This document shows, piece after piece, positions 1-12,623 of a DNA stretch of 64,000 nucleotides; position 1 is the stretch's first letter; each line of letters opens with the position of its first letter. A program made the position numbers and the translations under genes. The notes under the pieces were generated by a model. It did not search any database. It worked only from the letters and a program-made list of their open reading frames with translations, and had not been told where the DNA came from. Source of the stretch: Dictyostelium discoideum (taxonomy: Eukaryota); contig CM000150.2 in assembly GCA_000004695.1 (NCBI GenBank), positions 3,616,001 through 3,680,000 on the forward strand, written 5' to 3'.

Positions 1-146
1 TTTTTATTACGACATACTCGTAATTTTCTATAAAAAAATTTTGATAAAAATCTTACTATTATTTTTTTTTTTTTTTTTTTTTTTAAAAATAAAAGAGAAT
101 TAATTGTTTATGAAAAATTACGTTGTAAAAAAAAAAAAAAAAAAAA

Positions 147-3100
147 ATGGTAAAATTTAAAATAGTGATATCATTTTTATTATTTATTATATATTGTAAT
201 TGTTTCACATTTGGTAGCTACCCATTTGATACAAAAAATTGGTCAACAAATGGTACACTATCATCATGTGTTTTTTATGATTTTGTAAATAACGATTATT
301 ATGATTTAAGTTCTATTATCATACCTGATCATCAAGGTTCTCATAGAGCAAGTTTTGATGCAGAACTTTCTGGTGGAATTCAAACATCTTATTTAATGTA
401 TTTCAATCCTTGTTTTAATGATCATATGTGTCCAGGTGGTCTTTCAGTAGGTTGTATTGCTATTTTTCAAAATTCGCAAACAATATATAATTCTGTTGGT
501 TCACTTTCAGAACCACATTTTGTTACATATAGAACAAACGGTATTACTATTAAATATCAATCAACTCTTTTACCATCAACAACATGTGCCTCTAATGGTA
601 ACCGTAGAACTTTGATTTTAGTTATTACTTGTGATCCAATTCAACAATTTTCAGTAACAAGTACTAATAACAGAAGAGTATTATGTGAACATACAATTAA
701 TATCGCTTCAAGACTAGTATGTAAAAATAAAGGAGTATTATTTAATCAAGGTCTATTTTATGATTTAACACCAATGAAATTGTAAGTTATTAAATTCTTT
801 TTCATATTTTTAATTATCCATTTTTTTATTTTTATTTTTTATTTTTATTTTTATTTTTATTTCCCACTTTTTTCAATTCATTTTTTTTAATTTTTTTTTT
901 TTTTTTTAATTTTTTTTTTTTCCAATAGATTAACAAGCACTTCACACCAAATCACCAATGATGACCAAACAAAAGATATTCTCTTTAATTTATTCGGAAA
1001 TGTAAATAGATGTGGTACTTTCGGTACATCAACATTAAGTTATCAATCATGTATTTTAACAGTTGCTAATAAAGCGATCATTATAAACTAGATTCAAGAT
1101 ATGCAACATCACCAAAATCAGTTATGGTAGGATCTCTCAGTCAACCAAGAACAATTACATTTACAAATGATGTAATAACTATACTTTATAGTTCAACAAC
1201 TGGTTTCACAGAATGCTCATTAAACGGTAACAAATATTCATCAAAGTATATTTTAATTTGTGATCCATTCACAGAATATTATGTAGATAAATTTACATTA
1301 GAATCACAATGTATTTATCAAATAAAAGTTTATACCAAATACGCATGTCCAACATTACGTTTATTCAAACGACAAATACAATATTATGACCTTTCACCAT
1401 TGATGTTGTAAGTATTAAATTTAGTTTTTTAATATTTTATTTATCGTGCCCCTCCTCTAAATAATTAACAATTCGGTAAATCTATATATATAGAGATTCA
1501 ACAAGAAATTATACTGCAAGTTATAGTACAGGAGAAATTATATTTAATATTGGTAATAGAGCACAAATTTGTAACGAACCCTTGAATGGTACAATTTTTC
1601 ATTTTGCTTGTCAATACGATCCAATCAATAGAGTATACAATCAAATCGCTCAAGCAAGTTTAGGTCAAAAGGTAACATATGATTTAAATCAAATTAAATT
1701 TGAATACTCTTCAAGACTAACAACTAGTTGCTCATCAAATTCCAATAAAAGAAATTTTATTATTGTTTTAAATTGTGACGAAAATCAACATTACCAATTG
1801 GTTTCAACTATTGAATCTCCTGCATGTGTATATACAGTAACAATTAAAACTAAATATGTATGCGAATCAACAATTTATTTTAATGCATTTAACTATACCT
1901 ATTATGATATTACTCCAATAAAAACGTAAGTTTAAAGTAATAATAACTAGGTAATAATAGTAAAAATAATATTGATTTTTATTAACAAACACAATATATC
2001 AAACTATTAATTTTAATTAGAACAAAAGATAGTCCAAAAACAGTGGATATCACTGTCAGTGGAGTCACAAATAGAGTAAGAATTTAACTTTTAAAAAAAA
2101 AAACTAAAACTAAAACTAACATATTTATTTATTATTTTTTTAAATAGCTTTATTATGGTATAGGTAATACTGTTAACTTTTGTACAAATCAAGCTACAGC
2201 AGTTCCTGGTGTAGATTATCAAGCTTGCCAATATATCAATGGTGTTGTTATTCATGTTGGTAGTTTAAAAAATACTTCTATATATATTGGTGATAGTAAT
2301 GATATATATATCGCTCATACATCAGTAACTGATTCAACTAGACCACCATGTAGAGGTAAATATCAAAGGGCTGACATTTTAAGTATGACATGTGATCCAA
2401 CGGCTACATACACTTTTGTCAGTGCCAAAGAGGTTTCTTCTAACGGGGGATGTCATTATTATATTTACATTAAAACCAAATATGCATGCCCAATTAATTA
2501 TGCACCAGTATTGCCAGCTGTTGGAAATCCATGTTTATACAGTTGTACACCACCAGGTGCTTTAAATACAAAAGATATAGTTAGTGTACTTTTAAATTTA
2601 GGCGTTTGTTTTTCAGAGATTAATAAATATGGTACAGGTGCTCAATCATTACTTGGTATATTCAACAATACTTGGGTTTTAAACCACAATGGATATGATG
2701 ATTGGATGGGTGGACAACTTTATTCACTATTATTAACAGGTAAACCACAAACATCGATTTCACCATATGTTATTTCAATTACACATGATAATTTATGTAC
2801 ATATGGTACCAATGGGTTAAGTAAAGCAAAAAATTCAATCAATGATTTTCTCACTATCACAAATGATCTTCTTGAAATTTCAAATCGTGCAGCCAGTTCA
2901 ACCGTTACCAAATATACATATTCAGATGGAGCAATTACATTATCAACACATAAACTTTTATCAACATCAACTGGAGGTCTTGCAATTATTATGTATAAAG
3001 GCTTGCTATGCCATTACTCAGTGGTTTCAAATATTCAAACTTTAGTTATTTCGAATTATTTGCTTTCATGTCCATATTATTCACTACCAATTACATTGTA

Positions 3101-6100
3101 TAGTTTAGCACCATCAACTGCGAAAATCGGAGATACTATTACAATTAATGGTGAAAATCTAGATAAAGACAACTATGATGTTTATTTTAAAATCATTCAA
3201 GATTCATATTCTGAAGTCAAAGCAACAATAACATCAAGAACAGCAAATACTGTAAAAGTAATCGTTCCAAAAGGTTTTGGTGGTGCCTTTGTTCTCACTC
3301 AAAATAGAATCAATAAGTTAATCTCTAATAATCTTGAATTTTCATACCCATCATCAACCATTGTCAAAGTAATTAGTCAACCATTTAGTACAGGTATCAT
3401 CAATAGATTCTTTGTCATTGGTGAATATTATCGTTCATTAATAACCAATATCACCATTTATCCATACATCGATAATATTGAAAAAGAAGCAATTTATTGT
3501 GAAATTGAAAAGTATTGTCCAAGTTCATCAAAAATTCCATCAATTCCAGGATCAGAAGTAGGTCATCCATGTATTGATTCAACAGTTTACTCTGAGAATG
3601 CCCAGTTTTTCAATTATTCCAAGTATGATGTTTTTGTTTGTATCAAATCATCATTAGGTGTTGGAAGTGGTATCATTAAATTCCCATCACAAACATTTAC
3701 ATTCGCATACTCTTATAAAGCACCTCTCTTATATTATGCACCACCTGGCGCTCGTATTCCAACTGATGGTGGTAGTTTTCAATTGAGTGGCAAAAACTTT
3801 CCACCAACACAAGAAATCATTGATCTCGGTTTGAACACATCTAAAATCATTTGGAATAATGATAATTTTGTTACATTCAAAGGAACAAATCTTACAAATA
3901 CCAACATCAATTGGAAGAGTTCAGATACGATTGTATTTATTGCGCCACCAGGTTTTGGTGAGTGGATCACCGTTTCAGTAACTGTCGGTAAACAAGCGTC
4001 AACAACTACATACCCAGGTGATTTAGATGAACGTCCAACTGGAAATTATACTTTGCATTATCTATTTCCAACAATTGTTGATTTATCAGCAGTTCCAACT
4101 GATGGTGGTGAAACTATAATAAAAGGTGCCAACTTTATTCCAGCTATCTTTGTAGGTCAAATTAATAATCAATCATTAATTGGTTCGCTACATTCAGTCA
4201 CGTTTAATAATGTTTTATCTCCATCATGGACATGGATTAACTCAACACACGTAAAAGCCATCGTACAAAAAGGTATTGGTACAATCTCTCCAATGGTAAG
4301 AGTTGGTGGTCAAAGATCAGATTTGTACCAACTTTTTGCAACATTATACAAAAAACCTGAATTAGATAATAAAAAATATGAAAACTTTGCAAATAGTAAT
4401 ATTTTAATAACTGGCTCTAATTTTGTACCAGTTGGTGTTTCAGCAGGTTCATCAAGTTCTGTTAAAATTGGAGGTATTCCTTGTAACTCTGTAACATGGG
4501 TAGATTCAAAATCTGTTATTTGTAATGTACCAATTGGAACTGGTGATAATTTAAATATCCAAGTAACAGTTGGAGATCAACAAACCGAATTAAATGATTA
4601 TTTCTCATATTTAGGGCAATGCGATTTCCTCTGTAGCGATTTATCAAATTTAGTAAGTTTTTAAACATTTTAATTACAGAGAAAAAAAGAAAAAAAAAAC
4701 TAAAAAATACTAATATATTATCATTTTTACCTCAAAGGAATTAGAAAAAGTTATTAGAGAGAATAAAAAAGATTTAAAGAGTACTCTTTTATTAACAGGC
4801 GTATGTTTAGAACAAATCAAGCAATATAATCTTACATATATTAAAAATAAAATTGAATCAAGTTGGATTGGAAATTCAATTATTAATGATTGGACAAGTG
4901 GTAAATTCTATAACTATTTCAAATCATCAGAATCATACTCAACAGTTAAAACACTTGCAAAATATATTACTCCAAAGAATCCATGTATTTATGATAATAA
5001 AAGAGTAAAGAATTCATTAGATTACCTTTTCGAAATCAATTCAGATATTTTCCATTTAATTGAACTTTCAATTTCATCAAAAATCAGTTATCCAGATTCG
5101 CCATATCAAACTTATTTCTATAAATCATCAAGTAACCCACAGTATGGTCTTTCAATTATTACATTTGATTCAGCAATTTGTAGCTTTACAGAATCAACTA
5201 TTCAAGACTACCAAAGTGGAAAAGTATTACAATCATGTTCAATCATTCCAATTATAAATCAAGTAATTAATCCAACAACAACACTTCAAGCACCATATCA
5301 ATATTCACTTACAATTATTGGTAGATTATTTGATAGTTCAACTAGAATATTTTTATCAGGTTATGAATGTCCAATCATTGGTAATATTGTTACAAATCAA
5401 AATGATTATATTCAAACTCTTAGTTGTTCAGTACCATCAGAAATCAAATCATACTCAGCCTCTCCAATTAGTTTTTACAATGGTTATAGTGAAAATAATA
5501 TATATAATTTCTTGTTGGATTTTAAAAAATCATTCTTTTTTATATATCCAATTTCAACAGTAACTCAAATTCAATACCCATCAAGTGGTCCAATTCAAAT
5601 GAATTCTGAAATTAAAGTAATTGGTTTTAATTTCTTCCCATATGGTATTACAAATCCAAACCTTAAAGTTTTTATTGATGATCTTGAATTAACTGATACT
5701 ATCTTTGGATTAACAAGCATAAATGGAGTTGATTCATTTTCATTTATTGCTTCTGGTTTAGGTTCTTTAAAGTATGTAAAAAAAAAAAAAATTAAAAAAA
5801 AAATTAAATTAAATTATTAATATATAAATTTCTTTTTAAAAGTTACATTCAATTATTTTATAGTAATAGTTTACCAATGATTATAAAAAATGGTGTTAAA
5901 TTAGAATTTTCATTTGAAAGACCAATTATTAATAGTATATTACCAACAAATGGAGATTACAATACAAAAGTTACAATTAATGGTAATAATTTTAGAAAAG
6001 GTCAATCAGTAAAAATTGGAGACTTATTAGTAAATGATATTGAATTCATTTCAAATCAAAAGATTATTGTTTCAGCACCATTTGGATTTATTAATGGACT

Positions 6101-9100
6101 TGTAGTTGTTTATTCAGATGATCAATACAGTTTAGAAGAAATATCATTTAGTTATCCTTCACCAATTATAGACCAAGTCATTCTTTCAAATTATGAATCA
6201 AAATTAAACACAACAGGTACAAATTATTTCACAGTAATAGGTAGAGGTTTAGGTACATACATTGCAGAACAAGTCGATATTATTATTAACCAAGAGTTTT
6301 ATGCAAGTTGCGAATTCGATTTCTGTGAAAGTTTAGAAATTATTGAAGATATAGATATAAAAGATCAAGGAATTTGTCAATATTTAAAATATAAAAATTA
6401 TCAATATATCAATGAAAACTTTGATATATTAAATTGTATTTTAGCTGATTCAATTGGTAAAGATAAATCAATCAGTATCAAAATTTCAGAATTCCAAAAC
6501 CAAACTTTCACCTACTCTTATTATGAACCATGGATTGAAAAACTAACACAAAACTCTTCATCAGCAACAACTGATGGTGGTGAAGTAATCGTTATAAATG
6601 GTTACAACTTTTTACCATTCGAAAATTTAAGTCCATACTATGAAAACAATGAAACTATTGCACAATGGTTAAATCAATCAGAAATATTAATTGGTGAAAG
6701 CTATCTTTGTCAATCAATTAATTGGACCAATTCCTATGAATTAAATTGTACAATCCCACCGGGAATTGGTGTTAATCATACAATCATTGTAAAAGTAGGC
6801 CTTCAATCATCAAATCATACTGATTATTTGTATTCTTACAATCCACCAAAACTTGATACAATCAATAATTCCACCAAAAATGAGACACATTACTATTCTT
6901 CAACAGATGGTAACAATGAAATTATAATAACAGGTAATAACTTTATTCCAAAAGAGTTATCAGATCATTACAACCAGAATGAAAATAAAACTATAAATTC
7001 AATACTATTAGGTAAACAATATTGTAATGAAACTATTTGGATTAATTCAACAATAGTTAAATGTAAACCATTAGCAGGTATTGGGTCAAATTACAAAATA
7101 ATCATTAAAGTTGGCAATCAAAATTCAAACGAAACCGTTTACTTCTCATATGAGAAGCCAATTTTAGATTTAAAGAATTACACAGGTTCAACAAATGGTA
7201 ATACTGAAATTACAATAACAGGTATCAACTTTATTCCAAAACAATTAGCAGATAATAATAATTTCAATCAATCAGAGAACTATATAATGATTGGTGATAA
7301 TAAATGTAATGGAATTATTTGGATCAATTCAAGAACAGTTAAATGTAAACCAATATCAGGTACTGGTACCAATCATAGAGTTATCATAACAGTTGGTAAT
7401 CAAAACTCAAATGAAACGGTCTACTTTTCATATGATAAACCAATTTTAGATATTAAAAACTATAGTAGTCCAACTGATGGCAATACTGAAATCACAATAA
7501 CAGGTGAAAACTTTATCCAAAACTATAATCAAGAAAAACATAATGAAAATGATAATTTCGTTAGAATCGGTGAAAATAAATGTAATGAAACAAAGTGGAT
7601 AAATTCGACAACAATTAAATGTAAAATAATTCAAGGTATTGGTTTAGATTATAAAATAGTTGTAACAGTCGCCAATCAACAATCAAATGAAAATGTTTTC
7701 TTTTCATATGAAAAACCAATGATTGACAGTAAAACACTATTAGCATCAACCAGTGGCAGTGAAACTATTAAAATTACAGGTACCAATTTCATTCCATCAA
7801 TTTTAGTAGAACATTACAACAATATAAAAAATAAAAATAACTCAATAAATTCAGTTACTATCAATAACGAGTTTTGTAATGATATTGCATGGATTAACTC
7901 AACAGAACTAACATGTAAACCATTAGCAGGAGTTGGAACTAATCATACCATATTCATTTTAGTTGGAACTCAAAAATCAAATCAAGTAAAATCATTCTCA
8001 TATAAACCTCCAAAGATTGAAGAGTTTAAATACTACACAGCACCAACACATTCCAATAAAATTATTACTATAACTGGTGAAAACTTTATTCCAATCGAAT
8101 TATTATCAAAAGACAACAGCAATAGTTCAGTACTTATTGATAATATAAAATGTGAAGAAATCAAATGGATTGATTCTACAAAAGTTTCATGTCAAGTTCC
8201 AGTAGGTCAAGGTAAAGATTTATCGATTAAAGTTAAAATTGAAAATCAAGAAACTGAAGAAAATCAACAATTTTCATATGATAAACCATTTATTCAATCA
8301 ATCAATCCAAATAAAGGAAGATGTAATCAAGAAGTATTAATTACAATTCAAGGTGATAGTTTTGGAAAGAGTGATCAACTAATTAAAATTGGTAATAACG
8401 AATGTCAAGATATTCAATTCTATCCAAATCATACATTTACATGTAAAGTTCCAATCGTGGAGAATTCAATTAAATCCATTGTTTTATTAAATGTTGGAAA
8501 TCAAGATTCAAACGATAACATTACATATAAATACTATGGACCACCAGAAATTAAAAGTATTGGTTTACCATCATATCTTTCATTCAAAGGTGATGATTTA
8601 ATAACAATCATTGGTAATAACTTTATAGAATATGATGATGGATCTGATGAAATTGTTGTTAAATTTAATAATGAACCAACAGCTATCATTGAAAAAACAG
8701 AAACATCTATTAAAATTAAAACTCTTAGTGGTGATGAATTTAATTTACCAATTGCTGTAGAATTAAATGGTCAAATAAGTAATATCGATACTTCATTCGT
8801 TTACTCAAATCCAATAATTGAAAGTGTAACACCATCATCAAGTAGCTCAAAATCAAATACTCATATCATCATTAAAGGACATAATCTTGGATACTTAACA
8901 AACACTCCCAAAATTACAATTGGAAGTAGCAATTGTTTAAATATCAATACTATATCTCCAAATGAAGTTCGTTGTATAGTGTTGAAATCAAGCGCAGGCG
9001 CCAAACAATTAACATTAACCTATAAAAGTTATCAACCAACCTATTCACAATTCACTCATGATGATGACAGTGATAGCCACGATGACAGTGGAAGCCATGA

Positions 9101-10352
9101 TCATAATGATCCTAATGGACCAAAAGATACTATAATAGGTATTATCGGAAGTGCAATTGGAGTATCAGTATCAGGAGTCTTGGCTGGATTAATACCAACT
9201 ATTTTCGGTAATGGAACATCAGTAGCCACTACGGCCGCAACAACAAGGGCGGTAGATACAGCGGTAGCGGCAGCAACTACAGCAGCAACAGCAACAGCCA
9301 TTGCCAGTGCAACGATCGAAGGTGTTGCTGTAGTCGTTACAAGGGTATCAGTAATAGCAGCAACAGCAGGTGGTGTTATCGTTACTGCAATTGTAACAGC
9401 AACAGCCATTCTTATTTCAGGTGGAAGTACACCATCACCAACCCCAACCATAACTCCAACCATAACTCCAACCATAACTCCAACTATTTCACCAACTCCA
9501 ACACCAACCGATAACTATTGGGTAAGATGTATGGTCGATTATTCAAGATTAGCTTTACAAGTCGATAATCTTTACGGTCAAGATATAGTATGTATTGATG
9601 GTAATGGAATTTCATCAATTTTCAACGAATCATTCTCTTGTAAACCTGATCTTATTAACGATGGTATGATATGTGCTCAACAACATCAAGATGGAACAAA
9701 TTCAACAACCACATTTGGTAATTCAACATTAATTTGTCATATTGACCCAACAAAATCATGTGAAATTTCACCACCATTCATCATACCATCCGATCCAATT
9801 GAAGATGATGAATATTCAAATATTTTAGAATGTCAATATAATCTCATTGAAAATTCATTATCAACACACTCTAATAATAGTCCATTAAGATGTTATAATA
9901 ATGAAACTGAAAATTACTTCATTATGAATACTACACTTTCATGCTCAAAAGATGAATCATTAAGTCAAGATAAAGATACGATTTCTTGTTTATCAGATAC
10001 AGATGATACTCAAATCTTTTTCTTTAAGAACTCAATTACATGCATTACAGATTATCCATACTATAAATGTACAATGAAATCTCAATCATCACCAGATGAT
10101 AACATAATTCCAGAACCAACATTACCACCAACTCCATCAATTGATGATGATTCCACATGTATTTATGATTCAGCCAATCCATATTCAATAGATCTCCAAC
10201 CAACAACTGGAACTAATGTCAAATGTCCAACAAATGAAAAAGAACTTCATTATGATCTTTCAACTTATCTAACATGCACGGATAATATCACCCATAAAAA
10301 CTCCACCTATTCAATTTCTTACTCAACTTATGTTTGTATTAAAACTAAATAA
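147..10352 (+). CDS. Giant multi-exon gene: signal peptide, 3 N-terminal Cys modules (each ends ..CDP...K(T)KYxCP), about 20 IPT/TIG repeats, GC-rich Ala/Thr/Val-rich hydrophobic segment, (PT)n linker, C-terminal Cys-rich domain (tgr-like IPT/TIG family protein, about 3100 aa)
   Basis: ATG at 147 with a hydrophobic N-terminus (MVKFKIVISFLLFIIYCNCFTFG). Proposed exons: 147-781, 929-1407, 1494-1925, 2021-2075, 2148-4652, 4738-5771, 5864-10352. Donors are GTAAGT at 782, 1408, 1926 and 4653, GTAAGA at 2076, and GTATGT at 5772. Acceptors are T-rich ..AG. Phases are consistent across every junction except inside exon 2. Exon 7 carries the repeated motif ..ITGxNFIP..CNxxxWINSTxxKCKxxxGxGxNxxIxVxVGNQxSNExxxFSY.KP, typical of IPT/TIG domains. 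The stop codon TAA is at 10350-10352. Confidence 0.75.
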
Positions 10353-10495
10353 ATAAAATATAAATAAATATAATCTTTTATCATTAAACGTATGGAAGGA
10401 TCTTCCTTCCTTAAATTTCAATAAATTATTATTTTTTTTTTTTTTTTTTTTATGTTTAGATATTATTTATTTTATATATTTAATATTGTAATCTT

Positions 10496-10700
10496 TTACA
10501 TATAATGATTCAGATGCTGAACCAGTTTATTCCTCACCAGTGCATTTGCCGAATTGAGCAAGAGAGTTACACTTGGCACGATGTAAATAAACTTACGAGC
10601 AGCTTCAACGTTGGCAGATTCACCTTTCCAAGTGAAGGGTACGAACGTTGAATTCACCGTTCGTACCAATTGTTCAGAGGTGAGCAAATTTGGAATTCAT
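10496..10700. ncRNA. Candidate structured small RNA: about 200-bp GC-rich island in poly(A/T) intergenic DNA, with a perfect 10-bp stem
   Basis: Local GC is much higher than the flanks. A perfect hairpin GGTACGAACG (10638-10647) / CGTTCGTACC (10658-10667) encloses a 10-nt loop. The only long ORF (minus, 10496-10687) is not ATG-initiated, its nearby AAAATG is out of frame, and it uses rare codons (CGA, ACG, CCC, TCG, CTG). Confidence 0.25.
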
Positions 10701-10796
10701 TTTAAAAAAAAAGTATGTAGTATATCGGTGTAATACAAAATATTGGAGAATTAAAAAAAAGGAAAAAAAAAAAAATAATAGTAACAATAAAAAATG

Positions 10797-10831
<35 letters not shown>

Positions 10832-11245
10832 TTTTTTGATCATTTTTTATAACTTTTTTTTTTTTTCTTATTTTGTCTTCTTAATTTATTTTTCGTTTAT
10901 TTTTATGGTTAAATAATATGAAAAAAAAATAAAATATAAAAAATCGGGAAGTGAATAAAATGAAAATTCATTTCGCCAGTAAAAAGTTTTTTAAAAAAAA
11001 AGAAAAAAAAAAAATTTATATTAATTAACACAAAGCCTATTACTTTGATTTCTTGTTTATTTATTTGGTATCAATTTTTTTTTAAAGTCTTTACCTCTTA
11101 AAAAAATTTTATTTTTATTTTATTTTTTTTTTTTTTTTTTTTCATGTGGGTAATATTTCCATTTTTTTTTTTTTTTTTTTATTTTTATTATTTTTTCTTA
11201 ATTTTATGAAAAAAAAAAAATAAAGGCGCACATTCTCAACGTTTT

Positions 11246-12552
11246 ATGAAAATGACATCAAAAATAGATGAAATAGATATTGATAATGGAGAGGAGGTTT
11301 TCGAAGAAATTGAAGATTTTGAAGACGAAGATAGTGATGATGGTGTATCTAAATCCAAATCAGATTCAAATAGAAAACGAAAGGTTTCAACACCAGCCCT
11401 AAAACCACATCCACCAATACCAAAATTACCATATAATGACCGTGTATTTATTATTCAACAACCTAAAAATGATACAAACATTATAGATTATGAAATTTTA
11501 ACATTACCAAGTCCAAAACATAGTAAGATTAATTATTATAATATTTTTTTAAAAAAAAAAAATAAAAAAAAAATAAAAAAAAAATAAAAAAAAAAACTAA
11601 CATTTTTTTAATCATTTCAGAATCAGTAAAATGTAGATATATATTAGATAAAGAGAATGATAGAATATTAGAGATTAATAAATTTAATAGTAAACCATCA
11701 TCATGGTTCATTGATAATGGTGTTAGACATGATGGATCAATGTATTTATCATCAGACATTGATCCATTGTTCCTTTTAATACCATTCCTTGAAAAGTATA
11801 AATCACTTCATAAAAATGAATACCTTGAAATTTCATCAATCATTAATGATTCATATTATTGTAATCTTTCAAAAATTCCTTTTAAACATTCACAATTATC
11901 TTTAATTTGTGATTCTAAAGGTAATATAAATCATTTATTAATTATAATAATTATAATAATAATATGTTTATTAATTTTTTTTTTTTTAAAAAAAAAATAT
12001 TTTATAGAAATTGCAGGATCAAAATTATATAGATTAGAAGATGAAAAATTATTAATATGGTTAAGATGTAAAGTAAAGAATATTTCAAATTATTTAAAAG
12101 AAACCAATACAGATATTTTTAAAACTTCAAATTATGTAAAAAAAGATTTATCATGGGAGACATTGTATACAATGTCAATTGGATTCGTTAGTGAATATCT
12201 ATCAGAATCAAATTGTAAAATGTTAAATCAAAGTTTTAATCTATTATCAGCAACAGCACAACAAACAATTAAATCTGAATCAGAGTATTTAGTTTACACA
12301 GAGAGAATAATAGATGAACCTGAACCACCAAAATCAAAAAGAGGTGCCTCTAAAAAAGCACCTGCAAAGAAATCTCCTGTAAAAGGTGGTGGAATTTCAA
12401 ATTTCCTCTCTCTAAAAAATGATACACCAACACCAATCACAGTGCCATCACTTAAACCTTCAAAAAAATCTGAGCCAATAATACCAACTACAACAACAAT
12501 AGCAGCAGAAACTAAAGGGAAAATAACAGATTTTTTTACTAAAATAACATAA
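11246..12552 (+). CDS. RNASEH2B: Ribonuclease H2 subunit B (RNASEH2B ortholog) with C-terminal PIP box
   Basis: Exons: 11246-11522 (donor GTAAGA at 11523), 11621-11920 (acceptor TTTCAG; donor GTAATA at 11921), 12008-12552 (acceptor TTTTATAG). The translation contains SSWFIDNGVRHDGSMYLSSDIDPLFLLIPFLEKY, which matches the human RNASEH2B HSWFINQS...PVDPLFLLLHYL core. The basic tail ends in KGKITDFFTKIT, a PIP-box-like motif as in RNASEH2B. The second intron is 87 nt, in frame, and removes a low-complexity (I/F/K) stretch. Confidence 0.8.
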
Positions 12553-12623
12553 TAAAAACAAAAAAAAAAAGAAAAAAATATATACAAAATTGTTTTTTTT
12601 TTATTTATTTATATATATCTATA

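Noticed and set aside
929-1074. Treating 929-1074 as intronic (cryptic acceptor at 1073-1074) to avoid the frameshift
   Set aside because: This interval encodes clear module homology (ILFNLFGNVNRCG vs IIFNIGNRAQIC of exon 3) at coding-like composition, so it is exon-derived. The frameshift is reported instead.
5843-5870. Alternative acceptors for the last intron of the IPT/TIG gene (AG at 5841-5842 or 5868-5869 instead of 5862-5863)
   Set aside because: All three keep the frame. I chose the TTTTATAG site at 5863 as the most typical. The difference is 2-7 codons and cannot be settled from sequence alone.
9101-9475. 124-aa minus-strand ORF (MVGVMVGV..)
   Set aside because: Antisense of the GC-rich Ala/Thr segment of the IPT/TIG gene. 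The open frame is a by-product of the GCN/ACN codon bias on the sense strand.
10496-10687. 63-aa minus-strand ORF as a protein-coding gene
   Set aside because: It is not ATG-initiated, the adjacent AAAATG is out of frame and hits a stop after 8 codons, and rare codons are frequent. The region is better explained as a structured RNA or left unresolved.
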